A stretch of 64,000 nucleotides of DNA from Octopus sinensis (Eukaryota): positions 21,886,001 through 21,950,000 of the forward strand of contig NC_043004.1 of NCBI RefSeq assembly GCF_006345805.1, written 5' to 3'. Shown in pieces: positions 13,345 through 25,983 of this stretch. Below the pieces are notes generated by a model. That model had not been told where the DNA came from. It was given only the letters and a program-made list of their open reading frames with translations, and ran no database searches. Numbering within the stretch: the first letter of the stretch is position 1; the number at the start of each line of letters is the position of its first letter. The translations under genes were made by a program, and so were the position numbers.

Positions 13345-14503
13345 GTTTCTTTATTGGCCACACAGGGCTGCACACAGATGGGACAAGTTTCAATGTAGAG
13401 CTTTTCTGTTGGGGGATGAAAAAAACAAAAAAAAAACAAAAAAAAAGAAACAAAAAAAGGTGGCGTAGGTTTTCGATCAAAAGGGATCGTAAAAGGGAAA
13501 AAAGAACAAAAAATTAAAAAAAGAAGAAAAAAAAAAGAAAAAAGGAAAAGGAACAAAAGAAAAGAGAAATGAAAAAAAGAAGAGGAAAAAAAACGATCAA
13601 TAGGGATCGTGTATCAGTGTTTTTATGTATGGTGTAAAGGGGAAAGCAAGTAAGGTTTATCCGTGGGAAGAAAAGCCTACGAAAAAGACCACGGTAACCT
13701 TGGTCAATATTGTTATATGTTACCACATTTGTTTGCAAGTGGGTAACCCTCTGTTTTCAATTTCTGGGTTCATAGGATTATGCTCAAGGTGGCTTCGTCA
13801 TTCATACGTGCCATCCTTGCTACATTCACCCATCTTTTTTTTTTAAATTCGCTAGACAAAACTTGCCTCTCTACTCTCACTTTCCTTTTCAAGTGGTACT
13901 TGAAGAAGTTGATGAGAGATTGACCAGAGAGGAAAGTGTTTGTCTCCAATCCTTTCAGACGCGTCCACCAGATACATTCTTTCGCCATAGCCACAAGGAT
14001 GATGAAAATAGCTCTTCCTTCCCGTTTGAAGGAAGGAGGCGTGACAATATTGACGATAGACTCAGCTGATAAACCGACTCGTCCCACACGTGACAGCAGT
14101 TGTTCGACGTAAGCCCACTGGTAGGGAATTGTTGGACACTGCACGAGTGCGTGCAGAACGGTTTCGTCGCTCTGACCGCATCTCGGGCAGGTCGGCCTCG
14201 TGTTTCTCGAGCCGTGTCTGTAGAGCTTATCCAGAACGAGTCGCGCTTCTCGGTAGCACTGCCAGGCCAGGGATCTCTGGAAGTTGTCCATGGGCCCTGG
14301 CCCGAAAGTCGTCCCGAACAGGCGGGTCAGGTACTCCTCGTCGACGTCCAGGTTCGCCCCGAGCTCGTCGTCGTACCTCCCCTCCACTAATCCCCTATAG
14401 AATGCTTTGGTTGTGATGAAGTCACTCAAGGTCGACCCAGGACGGCAGAGTTGCTTGCGAGCAACGCGACACTCGCGGTGCCATTCGCCCTACCTCGGCC
14501 TCT
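13344..14503 (-). mobile_element. 5'-truncated Tx1/L1-clade LINE (zf-RVT C-terminus plus 3' UTR) inserted in (GATA)n
   Basis: Frame open from 14489 to 13770 with CPRCGQSDETVLHALVQC (CCHC zf-RVT) and AKECIWWTR, GC-rich. A pyrimidine-rich 3' UTR follows, with AATAAA at 13355-13350 and then (TATC)n. (GATA)n arrays flank both sides (about 13237-13343 and 14504-14580). Confidence 0.9.
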
Positions 14504-14560
<57 letters not shown>

Positions 14561-15572
14561 CGATAGATAGATAGATAGACAGATCTTGCATGGATGGATG
14601 AATCCTGCATGGATGGATGCATGCATGGATGGATGGCTATAAGCAATAATTCGCGCTATATCTATATAATTATGGTTATATATGAGTTTAGAAATGTGCG
14701 TGTATGTATGTGTTCTGTATGTGTGTTTTTGTGTTTTTGTGCGTGCGTGCGTGCTTGCACTCATGCATAGGTTGCGATATCTGAGTAACGAGTGTAATCG
14801 GATTCTGACTTGAAACATTTAAAAATATGAATACTATATGAATGGCGCACTTAACCCTGGAAAAGTGTTCACCAGAATTGTGTTCGGGTGTATACCAACT
14901 ATCACAAATGTACTGGAGGAAGCAAACTGTCCTATTATGGAAGATTCTATCATTAATTATCCCTATGTAATGTTTTTATTTATTTCATTTGTTATCCGGG
15001 TTCCAGCTTCAGAACCATTTAATTTATGAGGTAGTAGTTTTCAGTAAATGTCCAAAAGGTACCTCTAACATCCTTGCATATAAAATGGAAGACGTTTCCT
15101 CTAAGCAAATGTCCTTGAATAATAATAGCACTTTTAACTGGAAATATCTCAAGCTGAACAGATACGAATGGATTCTGCGATGGGGGATGATAGACCTGCA
15201 ACAATAAACCAAATTGTCCCTCAAACTGGAAAATAATGTTCCGGAAATAATGCGCAATTCATGCTCTATCTAGTAGGTATTAAATGAAGTTATGTCACTA
15301 GCACTGTTTGTCATCGCATTTTATAATGAAAGCCGGTTCTAACAATCATGAAAGATCATATGTCACGAAATCAGCACGAAATGCTTATATGTGTATTGTT
15401 TCAATAGCTCACAAAAGAAGTGCTAAATTCTATGGGAAAAGCGCTTAATTTGAAGTGGAAGGAAAATCTATCTTGTATCGAAGCATAAAACCTATTGCAA
15501 AAACTATATAAGAAAAACTTATGCACAAAATCAACCTGGTAGCAACAACAACAATATATATATATATATATA

Positions 15573-15863
15573 CTAGCAGTATCCCCCGGCGTTGCTTGGG
15601 TTTGTAAGGGAAATAACTATATAAACATTTTTAGAGAGTTACTTCCCTTATATAATAGCAAAAAAAATGGGAAAAAATGGTGGTAATTTTTTTTTTTTAA
15701 TCGTAGACTCATCGTAGACGTGCGCTAGTACCCAGAAGGGCTCGATATGAATCACGACTATAAGATACCCGCTTTTGGTTACACTGCACCGCAAAATGTG
15801 GGAGTAGTTAGGAATCTAAATCGTAGGAGACAGACACTCACACAACTTCACTTTTATATATAA

Positions 15864-15866
<3 letters not shown>
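15573..15866 (-). mobile_element. Non-autonomous Helitron
   Basis: The minus strand starts A|TCTTTATATATAAAAG and ends with a degenerate GC hairpin (cccaagcaacgccggggg) then atactgCTAG|T. These are canonical 5'-TC and 3'-CTAG termini in an A|T site, with no TSD. Confidence 0.8.
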
Positions 15867-15922
<56 letters not shown>

Positions 15923-18900
15923 CAATATACACAGATTACGAGTTCAGGTGTATACCTGTAATTATCAGATCACTGGGATACGTAACAAACTATCAAGCCA
16001 CCTATCTTCGGAAATAAGTCTTCTTAAATCCAGGAAGGAGAAAGCTGATACGAAGATTAGAGTTTCTAACCATCAATGCAATGGAACAGTACAAATTTGT
16101 AAAACTTTCCAGAATGTTTACAAAACATTTAAGTACATATGCGTATGTCTAAACATGAAACTATCTGCATGAGAATACATACATAAAAACATTCAGATCT
16201 GCACATGCACTGATTCCAAAATACTGGACACATACACACAAAGTGCACAAATACCAGGTTAGAAACCGGCTCTTTCTCTGGTCTATAGTCAGATATAGTA
16301 CTATCTGGTTTATAGTACTATCATGAATGTCGACCTCATTCATCAGAAATAACTGAATAAACACTTTCAGGAGCATATAAAACATGTGCAACGGGAGATG
16401 CTAAAATCGCAACAGGCCGATTCATGGATCGGTGTTCGATACCTATAACTATATCTCATTGCCTCTCATACTTTTTGTACTTCTTTCGAAGTGTTGACAA
16501 TGATTTGCAGATGGGTGGGGTACTAAAGTTTAACTTCATGTTGATTGTTGCTTAGCTTTAAGTCCCTGATGGATCAGATCTATGAACCAAAAGTGTCCCT
16601 GCTATAATCATCTCAATCTTTTTGGTATATATTTTTTCATCTACTTTGTCCAAAATAACCTTACTTTCATTAAATGATAGCGTATGACTTGAAAGCTTTA
16701 GGGTCATTTTTCTAGTATACCGAGAAATCAAGTAAATCTTCCATTGCTTGTGTCTGTATGGAATACATGATATCAAACTGCGCTGCCATTTAGTTTGTGA
16801 TTGCTATCGTACCAAGGACTGCATTAATCCTTGAGTTCTTATGACAGTGGGGCTTAAACTGCAAGACATTTTGCTACTATTTTATACACAACTGGGGACT
16901 AGTTAGCGGACTTCGTTTCAAGGAACTTTCTTCTTGTGGCCTACGTGATGTGAATAATTTCTTACAAGAGACTGAAATAGTTTCAACTAATCGTTTCACT
17001 GCAAACTTAATAAAACACAGTATATGATTATGAATATTAATCTAATTTTGTCCGATTTCATGTTAATTAGCGGTTCGATGTTAATTACTTGGTCACTGAA
17101 AGGTTACAATGAGTGTGTGCTGTGGTTGTACCAACGAATCCAACTGATTAACATGATTGGGAGTGAACAGAATTGATAAAACAAAAGTGGATTGGATGCA
17201 GAATATGTGCTGCGTTCGAGTCTTGTGTATCTGAAATTTCTGCAAGCCGAACTACGTTTTTCAAATAAAAATGACGAATAAGCTAAGATATAGCTTTAGG
17301 TATTCATTACTAAGTACTAACAAAGTCTTTATCAAGGCTATAACAACATTACAGTCATTGTATAGTCGTCGTCTCTGTAAAAATAGAAGATACAAGTTTA
17401 AATATATTTCAAGATGTAAGTAGCATTACGAGGTATTAAAGATATGCCTCTTTGATTAGAGGTTCGTTTCACAGTACCATGACTTCTGGTTATATCTCAC
17501 TTTGTGTTAGAGCTTGATCCACCAGAAGTTGTGAATGTAATAGGGTAGATAAAAGTGGTGTGCAAACTTGTATGATATACTATGCTGAATCTCCCCTATG
17601 CTGGTAGAATACCCTTCTCACAATATACTGACATGTAGGCATGCTAACCTGTCCCTTGCTAACACACAAAAGAAGCTCCCGATCTGAGAATAACCCAATT
17701 AGCCATAGGGTCTTTATGTCATTTCTCCCCAACTACATATGGTACTGGCAGGCATATTCCAACACGATCCCATCATAAAATGTAAACAATACATTTCTTG
17801 CTTTGAAACAACATTCTATTAAAAGCTTATTAACCTTAAATAAAGGTAAACTATCATAATGGTTTTATCGTCACTGTAATAATAAATGTACTTTATTATA
17901 AATTCATTTATAATGGTATAACTGGGGAACATCGTCAGAACATAGTTATCGTCCTCACAATAATATTTTTATTTGTTGCGTACACAAGAATTACTTGTAT
18001 AAGTTTTATCCACGATTCAAATCTGCCACCGTTCCGGTCATCTTTTTCTACTTTGCTGTCGAGCCGTCGCAAAAGCTTCGTGCCAGGGACCGGGTTTAAC
18101 ATTACTATGTGTTCATATAATAAATTCCTTATTTCTCAATATTCCCCCACAGTTTAGAAACCGACGCGTTGAGTATAATAGGAAACATGCTACATTAAAG
18201 TTAAAATATTATCTGCTAATGTATGAAGCTTAAAGTCATGTTGCTTAACGTCAGCATACGGTATTTTTTCATCTTTCGTTACATCTAAGAGTTGCATAAT
18301 ACGGATTGATTTCTACTAACTGAAATACTTAAATTAAATCATCGATTTTTGAAATTATTTCACATCCATCACCCCAAAAGATTTATTTTCATCTATTTAT
18401 TTATACGTTTTGAAAATTTATATTTTCATGCAGTTTTCATTAGTGAATATAAAACTCCCACGAAAAGTAACTCCCACTTTGATATATGAAAATTCTCAGT
18501 ATTCAAGGCTTTCACAATGTATTATTAAGGGGCTCACAATGAACCTTTCGCTGAGGGTTATACGGACAACTGTAAGAGCATTCACAATTTGATGTAAAAA
18601 AACATATATCAAGTATATAAACTGACATTTAAGTCCGTATATACAGAGGCAGAATATCCAGTTGACGTAAATAATTTTGATGATGATTTATTTTTCAATT
18701 GTAGCAACTCTAATATGGAGGTATAGATATGCAAGTGTGAAAGTCATCACAGATAATCAGAATGTATTGTATTTTGCGTATAACATATTTAACCCCATAA
18801 ATTCAGTGATAGATTTTCTAACAGTTGAGTGATATGTGTTATCTGGGCCTAATTTCGGTGTAACGAGGTGTAGTCTGATATCGAAAATTACGAGTTTTGT

Positions 18901-18989
18901 TTTGAAGCCAACAAACGCCAACATGTCGTATATGCTGAAAAGGTAACAAAATTGAAGAATTCTGGAGAAAGCATTTTTTTTTGTTCCTT

Positions 18990-19280
18990 CTCGAGTCACG
19001 CCTGGCTCATTAGGGCCGGTTTCCTAGTTTCCTTGGCGTATAGGCTCCCCACCTGGACGGGACGTCGGTCCGTCGCAGGTGAGATGCATGATACAGGAGG
19101 AAAGAGTGAGAGAAAGTTGTGGCGAAAGAGTTAGCAGAAGTTCGCCATTACCTTCTGGCGGAGCCGCGTGAAACCTAGGTGTTTCGCTCATAAACACACA
19201 CATCGCCCGGTCTGAGATACGAACCCGCGATCCCTCGACCGCGAGTCCGCAGCTCTAACCACTAGGCCGTGTGCCTCCAC
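18990..19280 (-). mobile_element. tRNA-derived SINE (GTGGAGGCACACGGCCTAGTGG-head family)
   Basis: A-box ctagtggttagag and B-box ggttcgtatc are in the minus-strand head. A related decayed copy lies at about 51370-51606. Confidence 0.8.
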
Positions 19281-20102
19281 TGGAGAAAGCATTAGCAATA
19301 GTGGATCCTCTACTAGGATTATGCATAAGTGGAAAGACAATGCGTATTATTAATGTATCAGTTAACTATGTCTAACCTATAACACCACTTTTTGAAAACA
19401 GAAGAGCTTCTTGATCTATAAATAATTTTAAATGTGTAGCAATTAACCGCTCACTTTACACTCTGATTAGTCAATAATGCCTGTCATTTGGTGCAATCGA
19501 GGGATGATTTTTTAAAATTGTTTTCATAGGCAGTTAATATTAATAAAAAAAAAAGCTGTAGAACGATCAATTTGCAGCGACGCACTAGATAGCGCCACCT
19601 CATAGACATCAGTTAAAAGTACACATTTCCGATTCAGCTTACTGTTCTAGGCGTAGCTTTCATAACACAAGATTTAAGACTATTAATATCATATTTTAGT
19701 AATTCTATTAAAAGGAAATGAGAAAATGATATATTATACTAAACAACAGAAGATGTAGATTAAGCAATTTAATATTAATAGCAAAAGAGGTGCGAATAGA
19801 TTTTCTTTATTTCCTAGAGCAATTAAAGTGTCAACGTCGTTATTATTTATTGTACTTGTAACAATTGATTCTTTTTTTAGCAGAACTAGAATCAGCTGCA
19901 AAATATATTAGAACAGCACTGGGTGACTTGGCCCTTTACTTTTCAAAGTCGATTTAAAGAAATACCGGAAAATTATTTGGGTCAACATTCTCGACGAGCC
20001 CTTCACCTCAAAGATGGCTGGCCATGAATTTCGACCAGTGAACTTTTCTTGTTGTTGTTGTTGTTGTTGTTGTTGTTCTTCTTCTTCTTCTTCTTCTTCT
20101 TC

Positions 20103-20169
<67 letters not shown>

Positions 20170-20175
20170 CATTAT

Positions 20176-21392
20176 TATCATTCAATAGTTTTATTTTTAT
20201 AGCGTGCTTTCACTTCACTACTGAGCGCAGCTCTGTGTGCCTCAGGTATGTGCTGTGATTTGTTGTGATGCTCTGATGTTTATTGTATGGAAAGTGTTCT
20301 GCGTAGGATGTGTGCAGTGCCTAGTAGTGCAATTTTCTGTATGTTATATGTGTTTGTAAGTCCTGGTGTTTTTGTTACGTATTTGTCTGAATATTTTTTT
20401 ATCATGCCTAATGCACCTACTATGATAGGAATTGTTTCTGTTTTTAGATTCCACATTCTGGTTACCTCTATTTCCAGGTCTTTGTATTTTGAAAGTTTCT
20501 CCATTTCTTTTAGAGACACGTTGTCATCTTCCGGTATTGATACATCAATTAGAAAGCATTTGTTTTCTTCATGATCTCTGACAACTATATCTGGTCTGTT
20601 GGCCTTAATTTCTCTATCTGTGTGTATCGGCATATCCCAGAGTATGGTTGCTTTCTCGTTTTCTGTGACCTTTTCTGGTGTGTGCCTATACCATCTTTTT
20701 TCTGTTGTTATTCCATAATGTTGGCATAGCTTCCAGTGTATGTAGGTTCCAACTTTGTCATGTCTGTGAATATATTCCTTCTTAGCTAGGACTGGGCAGC
20801 CAGAGATAATATGATTTATTGTTTCTTGTCCATCTCCACATATTCTGCAGTTACTTGTTATATTTCTTTTCATTACCTGTTTTTGGTAATTTCTGGTGGG
20901 GAGGCTTTGGTCTTGTGCTGCAATTAAAAATCCCTCTGTCTCTGCTTTGAGTCCTGAGCTTCTCAACCATTGCTGGGATTTTTCTGTGTCTATTTCTTTT
21001 GCGTTTAGTTTAGTCCAGTATTTGCCATGAAGGGGCTTTTCTTGCCATCGTTTTATCATGGTTCGTTGCTGTTCTGTTTTTAGTTTGGATTTCATTTGTT
21101 TTATAGCTTTTGTTCTTTCTTCATTTTCTTCTTCTTCTTCTTCATATTTATTAGGTGGTATGATTTCTTGTTTGTATTTGTCAGCTTCCTTAAATACTGA
21201 GAACAGTTTTTTGTTTTGCTCGTGTTTTGCCGCTATTTGTATCAGTTTTCCTTCCTTCTGAAGTAGATATTTTTGCAGTTCAGAAGGAAGGAAAACTGAT
21301 ACAAATAGCGGCAAAACACGAGCAAAACAAAAAAAAACTGTTCTCAGTATTTAAGGAAGCTGACAAATACAAATAAGAAATCATACCACCTA

Positions 21393-21394
<2 letters not shown>
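20176..21394 (-). mobile_element. 5'-truncated R4/Dong-clade non-LTR retrotransposon (CCHC plus restriction-like endonuclease) in (TAA)n
   Basis: The intact frame to the stop at 20280 contains LKAETEGFLIAAQDQSL, CRICGDGQETINHIISGC, RHD, RPDIVV, IDVSIP and EKLSKYKDL (PD..D-x-K type RLE). The 3' UTR is about 100 nt. (TTA)n arrays flank both sides. Confidence 0.93.
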
Positions 21395-21463
<69 letters not shown>

Positions 21464-21464
<1 letters not shown>

Positions 21465-22172
21465 CAGTGAGAGAGCAGTGCATGCCATCAACGTGACACT
21501 GGGGTAAAATATACGAAGTCCAGTATACCCATTATGATTACCCATCTGATAAGGATACGCGAGGCACATGCATCACAACCATATGTTCGCGACATGGTGA
21601 TCTCATATCAAGATATATTTCTTTATTGCCCACAAGGGACTAAACATAGAGGGAACAAACAAGGACAGACAAAGGTATCAAGTCGGTTACATCGACCCCA
21701 GTGCGTAACTGGTACTTAATTTATCGACCCCGAAAGGATGAAAGGCAAAGTCAACCTCGGCAGACGAAATACGGCTACGCATTTCGCCCGGCGTGCTAAC
21801 ATTTCTGCCAGCTCCAAGATCTTGCAGGTGGAGCCCAGTTAGATTTTTCTTCTGGTCGAGAAACCCATCCTTCTCAAAACGTCACTGAATAAGGGTTGTT
21901 TAAGGGTGTTGACTGAAGCATTATTCAAACCCCAAAGAATCCCTCTCAACACATGGCTATGATGCTCCCCCATTACTTCTGCTCGTGATCAGAGATGCTC
22001 ATAACGTCAGCTACTAAGGATCATGCTCAACTGGTTACGGTCAAACTACTGACAAGCAAATAAGTGATATTGAGCAGAATGTTTGCTGTCGCCCATCTTT
22101 TATACCAAGACAAAACAATCAGTTCAGATCAGAAGCCATGAGAACCACTGCCTGGTACTGCATCAGGGCATT
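21464..22172 (-). mobile_element. Non-coding interspersed element bounded on both sides by (TAA)n
   Basis: Unique-looking ~500 bp (plus a nested SINE) between the (TTA)n arrays at 21395-21463 and 22173-22241. The minus-strand end is ctctctcactgaataataat. Strand is inferred. Confidence 0.55.
21615..21814 (-). mobile_element. Tailed tRNA-SINE nested in the previous element
   Basis: Same tail and body as the 6267 and 36039 copies, with an internal deletion. Flanking caagat repeats lie at 21609-21614 and 21815-21820. Confidence 0.85.
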
Positions 22173-22181
22173 TTATTATTA

Positions 22182-22230
<49 letters not shown>

Positions 22231-23899
22231 TTTATTATTATTACTTGTCTCCTTAATATATTAGCATATTTTGAGTCGCGTGTCGTTTTCTCACATAAAC
22301 GAAAAGTACATATTCCCGAAGTTTAGTCGTTCATGAATATTGCTCCCATTTGCAATCCATTTTAAAAGCAACCAGATGAAGAGAATCGTAAGACACAAAT
22401 GGATCAAGTGTAAATACTTTGATATCACATTAACAGAAAATTCTTATTGTGAATTATGTATATCTGTTGCAAGCCAGAGATTGTTCTATTGCATCATCCT
22501 ACTTGGATTCGACACTTTCCTTTTCACTTCGAAATATAGCATTCTGTTCACAACAGAATGTCATATTTACAGGGATATTATTGTATGACTTCTTTACAAC
22601 ATTCAATGGCATATATTGCTAGGCATTAATAAAATTTGCGATGGCGGCTGATCGGTTTTGCTTACATATTAACAATAACTCAACGGCTGAAATCTGTTTT
22701 TTTCTTGTTGGGCATTAGTTCAACGTAGAGAATCCAAATAAATAATTCAGTCACTAAATATATTATTCCACGTTGTAATATATCCATAGATGCTTGTCGA
22801 ATTAAAGTCATGGTTAACCGTTTCATATTTTCCTCTGCGGATGTGAGGTTGACTTAATATTTTACAATGTGTTATGTTGATATCAAGTGTCAAATAAGTT
22901 TGTCTGAAAAGATGTGAGTATTATTTTACGTTTAACGTTGTGTGTTAGTGTTTGTTTCACTTCATTTATATCTTATATATGTTACTTCATTTTCTATGCA
23001 AGATACACTGACCAGTCCTAAAAAGAAGATATATCATCATGTCTCCCATGATAATGATATATCTTGTTCTACATCACTTGTTTTAAATAATTCTTTACAT
23101 TCTTGGGTCCCAATAGTAACAACAATAGCTGTAATAGAAGTAGTAGTGGCTGTAACTGTTACAGTAATTTCAATAGTAATACTTTTGCGCATGAATCCAT
23201 CAGAAAGGGAGACAAATCACTGAATAATTTATTGAGCGGACAAGAAATGTATAAAAATAATATATTCAGCCATTCAAATCTGTTGCTATTCCTGTCCACG
23301 AATTTTTGCACTTGACATTTAAGCAAACGCATGGGCAGCATAGGTTGAAAACAGTCAGCTAATCATGGGAAATTTCACAATTCATAACATTACTACAACA
23401 CCGTAACAGTTATATCTATATTTGCTCTAATTCGGGAAGACGTAGTTGTCAATATTTCATTATAATTACATGTATATGCACTTTACGTTGAAGGTAATCA
23501 ATAGAACATGTGTTATATGTTAGTGTTAGCAGATACCATGTGCTTCATGTTATCTAATAGCGATTTATTTCACATTCAGAAATGGTCGATGAAATAGCTG
23601 CCAGGAACATCAACAGATCGATCCTACATGAATCTAAAATGAAGGAACATTTTGAGGTCGATAGATCTATTGGAAATTATAGCAATCTCTCCTTCAACTC
23701 ACACTATACTCTCTTAAAACAGAAAGGGTACTTTGGATAATGTAGTTCATGATGCAGCTAAGAAGACAATGGATGGCCCAGATCGGGATGTAGTAAGCCA
23801 TCAGCTTTTTCGATAACAAGTGTTATATAACAAGAATCACATGCACAACGAATACACATAATTGTTTTTAAAATAACCACGTTCCCACTTAAAATGGCA

Positions 23900-23958
<59 letters not shown>

Positions 23959-23988
23959 ATACATATAAATATACACACACACACAAAT

Positions 23989-24034
<46 letters not shown>

Positions 24035-24226
24035 GTGTGAGTGTGTGTGTGTGTGCGTGTGTGTGTGCGTGCGTGCGCGTTTGTGTGTGTGTATATATAT
24101 GTATGTATGTATGTGTGCATATATATATATATGTATATATGTAGGTCCCGGGTTGATTCGGGGTTAACCACAGTAAATAAGGTACTCAATACATAGTAGA
24201 GTAAAATTAATTTATTATATAGAAGG

Positions 24227-24277
24227 AGCTTCTACAGGACTAGAACTGTTTCATTCAAGAGAAATCTTCAGGAAGCT
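24227..24277 (-). ncRNA. Type I hammerhead ribozyme-like motif (Penelope-like/retrozyme context)
   Basis: The minus strand reads agcttc-CUGAAGA-tttctcttgaat-GAAA-cag-ttctagtc-ctg-UA-gaagct. Stem I is a perfect 6 bp, stem III is 3 bp plus A-U, stem II is ttc/gaa with a U-U closing mismatch, and the cleavage triplet is GUA. AATAAA lies just downstream. Confidence 0.7.
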
Positions 24278-24892
24278 AGTTAACAAGAATTGTATTGGCA
24301 TTTATACATTTAGGCAGGTTTAAAGGGGTGTTGGTGGGGGACTTTTTGGGGGTAGGCATAGCGCAAAATATCATACTTGGGGGAGTGGTCAAGGAGTCAG
24401 TGTTAAATTAGATAGAAGAATAAATAAAAAAATAAAAAAATATATAAAAAAATATATAAAAGTATATATAAAAAAATATATATAAAAAAAAAGGGGAATA
24501 GAGTTTTAGGTAAATAAGGAGATTCTCACTTATACCTATGCACATCAGAATACATATATACACACACACACAAACATATATACATATACATACACACATA
24601 CGTACACACACACATATATACATATATATACACTTACACATACATATACATGTCTACACATACACATATATGTATACATACACACACTCACATGCATACA
24701 CGTATACACACATGTATATATACACACACGACCACACATACATATACACACAGAAAAATATATATACACATACACACACATACTCACATACACGCATACA
24801 CACACATATCCACACACATACATGCACACACAGCACACTACTCCCTATATACACATATATACACATACACACACATATACACACACATACAT

Positions 24893-24932
<40 letters not shown>

Positions 24933-25347
24933 GTGTACCTATGCATACCTACACATACGCACATATATATACACATACAAATACAGACCCATTCCCTAAT
25001 TTTAATTTTATTATCTTCATTTATTACTTTTGTTATCTTTGATCGCTGGTCACAAACAACTTGGCTATGACAGCCAGTCCATTTATCTGTCTACTGGAAA
25101 ACAAGCACTCATTTACTCACGCACACTCTTTAGCACGTACACTCACTCATTCGTACACTCATACACATACACGCACGCACGCGTTATATTCATACATACA
25201 TACATCTACATACATTCACGTATATACACATACGTACGCGTACCTACAGATTCATGTCTACACTCTTAGAAGGCTAGTCTATACATATACACCAATAAAT
25301 ATAAATACACACACATACATATACACCTACATACAAATACATACATG

Positions 25348-25381
<34 letters not shown>

Positions 25382-25947
25382 CATATAATTAAGGGCTAAA
25401 GAGGGTTATTCTAAAGCCAAATACACTGTTTTATCCACTTATAATCCGCTTGTTACAGGAAAATTGAAACTGAAAACGGGCAACTAACCTTTAGAAAATT
25501 TAAATTTCGTTTTCTCTATATTGAATCAATTTCGGACTTAATCTTATAAAAAAAGATATATTCCTTCTTCAGTAGAACTTTCGATGGGATATAAATAAAA
25601 TACTCACGTATGATCATGGAAAAAGCACAAGCTAAAAACATAACTACACTTGAGTACATCACTTATATCTAAAAATAAAAATTCTTTGGTCAGCCTCAGA
25701 AAACAACGTCCAGACCTTTCGCCGCTACAAATTGTAATGGTTACCAGTCCTCCTGTAGCAAGCATCGAGTTTACTACTAAGCAATATAGGATGAAGTCCC
25801 TTACTCTACAGCAAAGGAATTCATCAGGAAGCGTGGGCAGTATATTTAAAAAAACCGTTACGGTTGCAATATACATCATATAATTAAGGGCTAAAGAGGG
25901 TTATTCTAAAGCCAAATACACTGTTTTATCCACTTATAATCCGCTTG

Positions 25948-25983
<36 letters not shown>

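Noticed and set aside
23584-23740. ~50-codon open frame after ttcag (EMVDEIAARNINRS...)
   Set aside because: It is not NPR-like, ends in a stop and has no supporting motif.
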